Below, piece after piece: positions 18,230-24,340 of a DNA stretch of 24,340 nt (its first letter is position 1; each line of letters opens with the position of its first letter). The stretch covers positions 1 to 24,340 of IMG/VR virus record IMGVR_UViG_3300028284_000029, one strand, 5' to 3'. Both the position numbers and the translations under genes were made by a program. The stretch is from a virus. Lineage: Duplodnaviria > Caudoviricetes. The notes beneath the pieces are model-generated. The model had not been told where the DNA came from. It searched no databases and worked only from the letters and a program-made list of their open reading frames with translations.

Positions 18230-18979
18230 TTAAATTACCTGTTTGTGAAAGTTACTAAACTCACTCACGACTCTACTGACAACATTAGGTTTAAGTACAG
18301 AAATTTCTTTTAATTGTTGATTCCTATTCTCAACACGATCCCTGTAGGTGACCGCAGTTGCCCCAGAGGGTACATTACCAAAGTCATACAATGGCAAGTC
18401 TACATGAACACCGTTAGCATCCTCGTAATGATGAACAGCATCATATTGCAACGACTCTTTAATCAGTGTAGCAGTATAAACCGCACCCTCGGTAGAGGTG
18501 TAGACTAAAGTTTCTGTCGGAGAATAATTATTATCGTCTACGGTATCAATAACCATTTGACCCATTTCTAGGTTTCGTTTAACAATAGTTCCTACAGTAC
18601 CACTGCTTGTACCAGTTACTATAGTGCCTACCGGAAAGTCCTTTGCAATTATTGAATTGGTCGTAACCATGCGATGCGGATACTTCTCTTTTAAGGTTTT
18701 GTTAATAGCACTCTGATTAACCGGCCAACCAGACTCACGTAAGTGGTCATTCATAAGAAAGAATGTCCAGTAATAATCTGTAGTCCCATATAACTTATAG
18801 GATAGTGTGTCGGGACGATCACCGGACAATATCGTGTGTGTAGCATAGAAACTAATATTGTCTTTGACTCCATCAATAACATCTACGTACTGACTGATGT
18901 TATCAAATAGAACTGGTGCTTCATTATTACCAAAGTTATAGGCAATGATTTGCATTTGGGAAAAAAACTTTGTGGTCAT
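18230..18979 (-). CDS. gp53: Baseplate wedge subunit gp53 (LysM-like)
   Basis: ILSGDRPDTLSYKLYGTTDYYWTFFLMN, WP, VHHYED, NQQLKEISVLKP. Confidence 0.9.
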   Translation of the reverse strand: MTTKFFSQMQIIAYNFGNNEAPVLFDNISQYVDVIDGVKDNISFYATHTILSGDRPDTLSYKLYGTTDYYWTFFLMNDHLRESGWPVNQSAINKTLKEKYPHRMVTTNSIIAKDFPVGTIVTGTSSGTVGTIVKRNLEMGQMVIDTVDDNNYSPTETLVYTSTEGAVYTATLIKESLQYDAVHHYEDANGVHVDLPLYDFGNVPSGATAVTYRDRVENRNQQLKEISVLKPNVVSRVVSEFSNFHKQVI

Positions 18980-20004
18980 TAGAATCCATCCTTTTCAACA
19001 TCTTTTCTGTTGAGTGTTCTACTTTCTTGGAATGACAGAGACATCTCTACCTCTTGGAAGTTTCCATCACTATGCATTGCCATCGCAGTATTGTTATAGG
19101 TTACACTAACATCTCTTAGATAACAAGGTTTTATTTTGGTTGCGATTTCTTCACCATTATATTCTACATTGATCTGAAACTTGTTTGGGAAACGATAACC
19201 AATAGATATATCATTTGCCCCAGTAATTGGTATGGTAATATTTTCGGGATATAGTTCTGTTCGGAATAGTTTTATAATTTCTTTTACCTCTTCTGCTTCT
19301 TTGGCAGAAGTCGCAATGAACTTAAAGGTAAACGCAAACTCTCGTAAGTTAACACTCTTAAATAGTACACGAGTGTTAGGGTTTGAGGTGACACCTGTGG
19401 CAGACCTAAATGCACCTTGAACTTCATCTGGTAAAGCAGACACAAGTTTTACTGCACTAACTTTCGCAACATCACCACTTGCCGTACCCTTCAGTCCCGA
19501 TTTTAAAGTTTTCATCCCACCATCAATAAGAGCATTAATAGCACTACCTCCGCTCTTGAGAGCACCTTCAACAGAAGCACCCATACCACCCAAGTCCATA
19601 TTGTCGTATGCAACCGCATCACGGAATTGTAGACCCACCGGAAGATATAAAGATACCTGTCTTTTTGGGTTAACAGAAGTGAGTAATCGTGGGTTTTTCT
19701 GAGTCTGATTCTTTACGGGACCGTTTCTATGAGTACTTATTGCGTTTTGCTGATCTTCACTACTTTTCCCCGCAACCTTTTCAACTCCAGACTCTTCTTC
19801 TTCGGTATCAATTGCCGCCTGCTTTACCACTTTCTCTGCGGCAGAAAGAAGATTACCCAAGTCGGTCTCTGCTTCTTTCAGTACATTAAATACTATTCTA
19901 CCTAAGTAATCGTCTGGATTGTTTAATGGGTACTCAAGATTTTTTTTCTCAAGAGTAGACACAACCCCTTCAGGTTTGACTTTGGTATTAGTTTCATCTG
20001 CCAT
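18979..20004 (-). CDS. gp48: Baseplate tail tube cap gp48
   Basis: VSLYLP, NPNTRVLFKSVNLREFAFTFKF, EAEEVKEIIKLFR, CYLRDVSVTY, MSLSFQE. Confidence 0.88.
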   Translation of the reverse strand: MADETNTKVKPEGVVSTLEKKNLEYPLNNPDDYLGRIVFNVLKEAETDLGNLLSAAEKVVKQAAIDTEEEESGVEKVAGKSSEDQQNAISTHRNGPVKNQTQKNPRLLTSVNPKRQVSLYLPVGLQFRDAVAYDNMDLGGMGASVEGALKSGGSAINALIDGGMKTLKSGLKGTASGDVAKVSAVKLVSALPDEVQGAFRSATGVTSNPNTRVLFKSVNLREFAFTFKFIATSAKEAEEVKEIIKLFRTELYPENITIPITGANDISIGYRFPNKFQINVEYNGEEIATKIKPCYLRDVSVTYNNTAMAMHSDGNFQEVEMSLSFQESRTLNRKDVEKDGF

Positions 20005-20015
20005 CTTAGTTTCTC

Positions 20016-20023
20016 TATAAATA
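20016..20023 (+). promoter_or_regulatory. T4-type late promoter for the gp4 operon
   Basis: Perfect TATAAATA in the gp48/gp4 intergenic region. Confidence 0.88.
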
Positions 20024-20043
20024 AGTTAGAAATTCATTATCTT

Positions 20044-20051
20044 TATTTATA
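20044..20051 (-). promoter_or_regulatory. T4-type late promoter for the gp48-gp53-gp5 operon
   Basis: TATTTATA on the + strand, 39 nt upstream of the gp48 ATG at 20004. Confidence 0.88.
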
Positions 20052-20059
20052 AGGTTTTT

Positions 20060-20557
20060 ATGGCATATTCGGGCAGGTACAAAGTAAAAAATCCAAAGAA
20101 GTATGAAGGAGATCACACAAAAGTTACCTATCGTTCTTTGTGGGAGAGACACGCATTCAAATGGGCAGATGATAACCCAGATGTGTTGAAGTGGTCTTCC
20201 GAGGAAGTCATTATACCATATCTATATGAGGTTGACAATAGGTATCACAGATATTTTATGGATTTGAAGTTGGTGTACAAAGAAGGAACTATGTTGGTTG
20301 AGATCAAACCGGACAAGGAAACTAGGATACCTACAGGCAACAAGAAGACCAAACGGTATCTCAATGAGAGTTTCACCTATGTAAAGAACATTAACAAGTG
20401 GAATGCCGCGCAGGAATACTGTAAGGAACGTGGGTGGGTGTTTAGAATATGGACAGAGAAGAACGAACCATTGAAGACTCTTATTCCCAAATCAACAAAA
20501 CCGTTGAAACCCCTCGGAAAAACTTTAAAACCTTTTCGTAAGAAACGTAAAAAATAA
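20060..20557 (+). CDS. gp4: Head completion nuclease gp4 (TnsA-like PD-(D/E)xK fold)
   Basis: MAYSGRYKVKNPKKYEGD, YRSLWE, WSSEE..IPY, HRYFMD, LVEIKP, KWNAA, FRIWTE. Confidence 0.93.
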   Translation: MAYSGRYKVKNPKKYEGDHTKVTYRSLWERHAFKWADDNPDVLKWSSEEVIIPYLYEVDNRYHRYFMDLKLVYKEGTMLVEIKPDKETRIPTGNKKTKRYLNESFTYVKNINKWNAAQEYCKERGWVFRIWTEKNEPLKTLIPKSTKPLKPLGKTLKPFRKKRKK

Positions 20558-20558
20558 G

Positions 20559-20566
20559 TATAAATA
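20559..20566 (+). promoter_or_regulatory. T4-type late promoter, 5 nt upstream of the gp2 ATG
   Basis: TATAAATA-GAACT-ATG. Confidence 0.88.
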
Positions 20567-20571
20567 GAACT

Positions 20572-21165
20572 ATGAGCAATATATTCAACAGACTAGAACT
20601 ACAGGCATTCCGTGCGGGTGTGACTCCTCGCACCAAGGAATCTCGTGAGTGGTTCAGAAAGAAAGCATCTAACATGCGGTCTATCAATCGCGAAGCATTG
20701 ATGAAAGAAGAACAACTACGAACAAAGACAAAGAGTGGTGTCGTAGGTACAATGCAGATGTTCTTCTATGACCCAAAACATAAAGATACACTTCCGTATT
20801 ACGATCTGTTCCCCTTGGTCATTGTTGTGGGACCTGCGGAGGGTGGATTCTATGGACTAAACTTACATTACCTTCCACCCATTCTACGTGCAAAGATGTT
20901 AGATGCATTGATGGAGACCTCTGCTAGTAACAAGAGTGATGATGCAAAGTTTGCTATCAACTACAAGAAATTACAGAGTATTGCCAAGTTGCGATACTAC
21001 GAACCGTGTTTTAAACATTACTTGAACAAACACGTCAAGAGTAAGTTTGCTGAAGTGCCACAACCTGAGTGGGAGATTGCGACATTCTTACCAACCGCAC
21101 AGTTCCGTAAAGCAAACTCACAGAAGGTGTTCTACGATTCAAGACAAAAGATAGGTAAAGGTTAA
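20572..21165 (+). CDS. gp2: DNA end protector protein gp2
   Basis: SREWFR, FFYDPKHKDTLPYYDLFPLV, GFYGLNLHYLPP..RA, PCFKHYL..HVKS, W..A.FLPTAQF. Confidence 0.95.
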   Translation: MSNIFNRLELQAFRAGVTPRTKESREWFRKKASNMRSINREALMKEEQLRTKTKSGVVGTMQMFFYDPKHKDTLPYYDLFPLVIVVGPAEGGFYGLNLHYLPPILRAKMLDALMETSASNKSDDAKFAINYKKLQSIAKLRYYEPCFKHYLNKHVKSKFAEVPQPEWEIATFLPTAQFRKANSQKVFYDSRQKIGKG

Positions 21166-21866
21166 TGACATTTGCAATTGATGATTTCAAAGCACAAGTC
21201 GGTAAAGGTGGTGGCATGGCAAGGGGAAATCTGTTTAAGATTTTTCTTCCTCCACTTACAGGTGATGTACGAGAAATGAACCTCTTGTGTAAAGGAGCAT
21301 CACTTCCTGGCCGACAAATACTGTCAACCGAAAAACAGATGGGTCTTCTTACAACTAAAGTTGCGTATGGTCATGCAACCGAGGATATCCAGTTGACCTT
21401 CCATTGTCTTAATGATATGAAAGTAAGACAATACTTTGAGACATGGCAGAATCTTGCGGTTAATCAAGAGACCCAAGAAGTTGGATACTTTAATGACTAT
21501 ACACATCCAGTCATTATCCAACACATTAAGAAGGGAACCGCATTCCCTATCATAAAGAAAGAACTTTATGACGCAGGAAAGATTCCATCTTACCTACGTA
21601 GTAGATTACCAAGACTAGGACCCCTTGATCTTGCCCAAGGTCAGTTTGATTTGAATCTCATATTCGGAGATGACATCACTTATACTTTAGTCCTAGATAA
21701 AGCATACCCAACAACATTGAATGCAATTGAGTTGAGTGATGACGGAGAGTTACTTGAAGTATCGGTACAATTATCGTACAAGAACTGGAAGTCTGAAGGT
21801 GGAGACGCAAAAGATACCGGATTTATTGAAGGTCTGGCAGGCGATCTGATTAGAAAATTTTTATAA
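21165..21866 (+). CDS. Tail tube initiator gp54 / gp19-like tube-fold protein
   Basis: IDDFKA..GGGMARGNLF, LCKGASLPG, LTFHC..DMKVRQYFETWQ, AYPT..AIELS, V.LSYKNW. Lies between gp2 and gp26. Confidence 0.8.
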   Translation: MTFAIDDFKAQVGKGGGMARGNLFKIFLPPLTGDVREMNLLCKGASLPGRQILSTEKQMGLLTTKVAYGHATEDIQLTFHCLNDMKVRQYFETWQNLAVNQETQEVGYFNDYTHPVIIQHIKKGTAFPIIKKELYDAGKIPSYLRSRLPRLGPLDLAQGQFDLNLIFGDDITYTLVLDKAYPTTLNAIELSDDGELLEVSVQLSYKNWKSEGGDAKDTGFIEGLAGDLIRKFL

Positions 21867-21890
21867 CATTATTATTATTTGGAGAATATA

Positions 21891-22598
21891 ATGGCATTAC
21901 CTAAGTTAAACACGACCCCATCCCACGAGATGGTACAACCATCAACGGGAAAGAAGGTTCTATACAGACCTTACCTTGTAAAAGAAGAAAAGATTCTTCT
22001 ACTTGCATTTGAGGGTGGTGATCAGAAACAAGCAATGAGAGCAATGATTGATGTTGTTGTAATTTGTTGTGAAGATGTAGAACCAAAAGACCTCACAGTA
22101 TTTGATGTTGAGTATATGTTTACGCAGATTCGTTCACGTTCAGTTGGTGAGACTGCTGATATTAATATCAAGTGTGAGAATGAAGAGTGTGGACATTCAA
22201 CAGAATGTAAGATCAACCTACAGGATATTAAAGTTGACCTTCCTGATGTAAGTCCTATAGTTGAATTGACACCAAGTGTCACCTTGGAATTAAAGTACCC
22301 AGCGTTTCACGATTTTCTCAATAACTTTTCTGAGGATATGTCAGAAACTGAGTTTGGTTTCAAGATGATCGGTAAGTGTATTAAGACAATTATGACCGAG
22401 GACGAGAGAGTTGATGCGAGAGAGGTTAGTTCTGGAGAGATGCAAGAGTTTATTGATTCAATGACTAACTCACAGTTTGAAAAGATTGGTGTGTTTATGC
22501 AATCTGCACCATCAATGCAACACGACATTGACTTTAAATGTCCAGAGTGCGGTACGGAACAGAATAGAACACTGAAGGGCATCCAAGATTTTTTTTAG
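21891..22598 (+). CDS. gp26: Baseplate hub assembly protein gp26 (235 aa; ATG at 21891 preferred over TTG at 21879)
   Basis: GGAGA SD at 21881. MALPKL, YRPYLVKEEKILLLA, FDVEYMFTQIRSRSVGE, Cys pairs CENEEC and CPEC, ends GIQDFF. Confidence 0.9.
   Translation: MALPKLNTTPSHEMVQPSTGKKVLYRPYLVKEEKILLLAFEGGDQKQAMRAMIDVVVICCEDVEPKDLTVFDVEYMFTQIRSRSVGETADINIKCENEECGHSTECKINLQDIKVDLPDVSPIVELTPSVTLELKYPAFHDFLNNFSEDMSETEFGFKMIGKCIKTIMTEDERVDAREVSSGEMQEFIDSMTNSQFEKIGVFMQSAPSMQHDIDFKCPECGTEQNRTLKGIQDFF
22589..22596 (+). other. Candidate -1 frameshift slippery site (T TTT TTT within a T8 run)
   Basis: GAT TTT TTT TAG ends gp26. The -1 frame continues TTA GTA TGC CTC... into the gp51-like sequence. SD-like GAAGGG at 22574-22579. 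Confidence 0.7.
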
Positions 22599-22792
22599 TA
22601 TGCCTCTCACACGATAACCTTGTAAACCATTACAAGACTAACTTTGGCATGATGCAACATCATAATTACTCGTTAACAGAACTAGAAAATATGATGCCGT
22701 TTGAGAGGGAAGTTTATGTTGCTTTACTAGTAGAGCATCTTAAAGAAGAAAAAGAACGTCACGAACAAGAAGAACGTCAACGACAGAGATAG
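22595..22792 (+). CDS. gp51: gp51-like baseplate hub assembly domain in the -1 frame relative to gp26 (first in-frame ATG only at 22649; not in ORF track)
   Basis: LVCLSHDNLVNHYKTNFGMMQHHNYSLTELENMMPFEREVYVALLVEHLKEEKERHEQEERQRQR*. The MMQHH.YSL.E.ENM.P.ER..Y..LL motif is characteristic of marine T4-like gp51. Confidence 0.85.
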   Translation, partial: LVCLSHDNLVNHYKTNFGMMQHHNYSLTELENMMPFEREVYVALLVEHLKEEKERHEQEERQRQR

Positions 22793-22797
22793 GAATA

Positions 22798-24339
22798 ATG
22801 GCAGAGAAAAGTATAGGTCATCTGATTGAGGTGACCAAACAAGAAAACGCAGAATCACGCAGTGTGACCAAAGAGGTCGCATCTGAGGTCAGTGCGTTGT
22901 CTAAAATGTTTGGTAAGTACTTCAAAGACCTCAAGAACCAAGCAGGTGATAAACTAGAAGAAAAACGAGAGGCGAAAGTAGCAGCGGCAGATGGTTTACC
23001 TAATCTCGGTCAACTGATGTCTGACACCAAGGGTATGGGTATTCTTGGAATGATCGCAGGTATCACTGCCGCAATTGCGGGTCTCGCAGTGGGTATCGTT
23101 GAAGGTTTTGTTCGTGCCGCAAAATTAATATTGAGTCCGTTTGCCAAGATTATGGCGAAAATGGTCAGGTCTATGACAAAATTAGTGTTAGCACCATTCA
23201 GAATATTCATTAAATTCTTCCCCGAAACAGGTAAGAAACTTCAGAACCAATTTAACCGTATAAGAAAAGTATTTACTAACGGTATTGCAAGAATTGCAAA
23301 GAGAATTGAGAAAATGAAGGATTGGGCAAAAGGTCTTGGTGGAAGACTAACAGCACTTGCTACCAATATCCGTCAAGCATTTACCAATGGTTTCCGAAAC
23401 ATCAATATGGCATTTCGTGGTATAGCAGGAAAGTTTAGGAAGTTAACATTCATTGAAAATGCTTCAAAGTTAATTGGCCAATTATTAAAACCATTCTCTG
23501 GTTTTGTTGATGACATCAAGCAACTAAAAACCTCTGTTACAGGTGTGGCAAAGACATCGGGTGGCGCTGCTTCAACGATCAAAAATACGGCAAAGAAAGT
23601 TAAAAAGGTTTTCACCACACTGAAATCATCCTTTGGTGGATTCTTTAAAGTATTCAGACTTCTTGGTCGTGTAGTCTTATTCCCTATTACTATCATAATG
23701 ACAATGGTTGATGCGTTCAACGGATTCAAAGCAGGATTTGAGTCGGGTGGAATACTTGGTGGTGTCCTTGGTGCAATCAGTGGAGTCTTGATAGGAATTG
23801 TTGGAATGCCACTTGACCTACTCAAGGACCTCGTGAGTTGGATAGCAAGTAAACTTGGGTTTGAGAACTTCTCAGAAATTCTGGATTCGTTCTCATTCTC
23901 CGATATGATTGGTGGTTTGTTCAACTCAATCACAGATTCATTATTGGGTTTCATGGACGGTATCAAGGATGACTTTGCGAATATGTCTTTTGCTGATGCA
24001 ATTGCTGAGTTAGGTAAGAAGTTGTTTAACGTAGTTACTAGTATAATGAAATTCCCTTATGCGGTTGCGATAGGTGGTGCCGCTGCTATTGGAGCATTAA
24101 TGCCTGGCGGGAAGACTCCGATGGAGGCATTCGGTGATGCATTCGCAGGTGTTATGAATTTTGGTACGTTTGATACCAATACCGCAGAGAAGGTTGAGAG
24201 TAGGAAGAAAGGTCGTGCAGAACTAGAAGCATCAAAAGAAAAAGAAACTGAGATAAAACCCAACCCTCCGGTCAGTGCTAATGCGGTCAAAGATGCTACT
24301 CAGGAAGAAAAGATAGCAAATGAAGGAAAACAGATGAGT
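22798..24339 (+). CDS. Tape-measure-like (gp29-like) protein, running off the window end (not in ORF track)
   Basis: AGGA SD and ATG at 22798; open for about 514 codons (MAEKSIGHLIEVTKQENAE...). Ala/Gly/Lys-rich amphipathic helices with hydrophobic segments (GILGMIAGITAAIAGLAVGIV; GILGGVLGAISGVLIGIVGMPL). Lies downstream of gp26/gp51. Confidence 0.7.
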   Translation, partial: MAEKSIGHLIEVTKQENAESRSVTKEVASEVSALSKMFGKYFKDLKNQAGDKLEEKREAKVAAADGLPNLGQLMSDTKGMGILGMIAGITAAIAGLAVGIVEGFVRAAKLILSPFAKIMAKMVRSMTKLVLAPFRIFIKFFPETGKKLQNQFNRIRKVFTNGIARIAKRIEKMKDWAKGLGGRLTALATNIRQAFTNGFRNINMAFRGIAGKFRKLTFIENASKLIGQLLKPFSGFVDDIKQLKTSVTGVAKTSGGAASTIKNTAKKVKKVFTTLKSSFGGFFKVFRLLGRVVLFPITIIMTMVDAFNGFKAGFESGGILGGVLGAISGVLIGIVGMPLDLLKDLVSWIASKLGFENFSEILDSFSFSDMIGGLFNSITDSLLGFMDGIKDDFANMSFADAIAELGKKLFNVVTSIMKFPYAVAIGGAAAIGALMPGGKTPMEAFGDAFAGVMNFGTFDTNTAEKVESRKKGRAELEASKEKETEIKPNPPVSANAVKDATQEEKIANEGKQMS

Positions 24340-24340
24340 G

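Noticed and set aside
19940-19947. A8 run near the gp48 5' end (and T7 near the gp53 start) as further slippery sites
   Set aside because: Both genes are complete in one frame and no plausible alternative-frame product was seen.
20060-20557. TnsA-like nuclease as a sign of a Tn7-like element or homing endonuclease
   Set aside because: Sequence and synteny match the core T4 gp4 head completion protein, and no transposon ends or partner genes are present.
22600-22617. ATG immediately after the gp26 stop as the gp51 start
   Set aside because: It is in the wrong frame and gives only MPLTR*.
22596-22625. TAG readthrough or stop-codon reassignment at the end of gp26
   Set aside because: The zero frame hits TAA eight codons later and the gp51-like sequence is in the -1 frame. 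Other genes are intact under the standard code.
12-24290. Many 60-200 aa ORFs antisense to, or nested in, the main genes (e.g. 12-392, 5491-5817, 15384-15794, 23373-23966)
   Set aside because: They are shadows of long genes with biased codon usage, with no recognisable motifs. The ORFs at both window ends lie opposite real truncated genes that the track missed.
1-24340. CRISPR arrays, tRNAs, introns/inteins, DGR repeats, intrinsic terminators
   Set aside because: The window is almost fully coding with gaps of 55 nt or less. No such repeats, motifs or convincing hairpin-polyT structures were seen by eye.

Overview
Tail and baseplate morphogenesis region of a T4-like myophage, about 40% GC by eye, with a marine-type gene set; the host cannot be determined from this window. 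The minus-strand late operon reads gp48, gp53, gp27-like hub, a gp5 split over several ORFs, gp25, gp6, a short gp7-like gene, gp9/10-like, gp8, a 1727-aa VrlC/DUF4815-like virion protein, a 68-aa protein and a truncated fibre/fibritin-like gene. The divergent plus-strand operon reads gp4, gp2, gp54/gp19-like, gp26, gp51-like and a truncated tape-measure-like gene. Six perfect T4 late promoter boxes (TATAAATA) were found by eye. Four observations stand out. (1) The gp51-like coding region has no proper start codon and is reachable from gp26 by a -1 slip on a T8 run, directly upstream of the tape-measure-like gene, as in lambda G/GT. (2) gp5 is split, with apparently degenerate lysozyme and M15-like domains and an inserted Zn-amidase protein. 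(3) Two genes share an identical TATAAATAGAACTATG, implying leaderless late mRNAs. (4) A D-S-small motif recurs in virion proteins. All family assignments come from motif recognition and synteny, not database searches.
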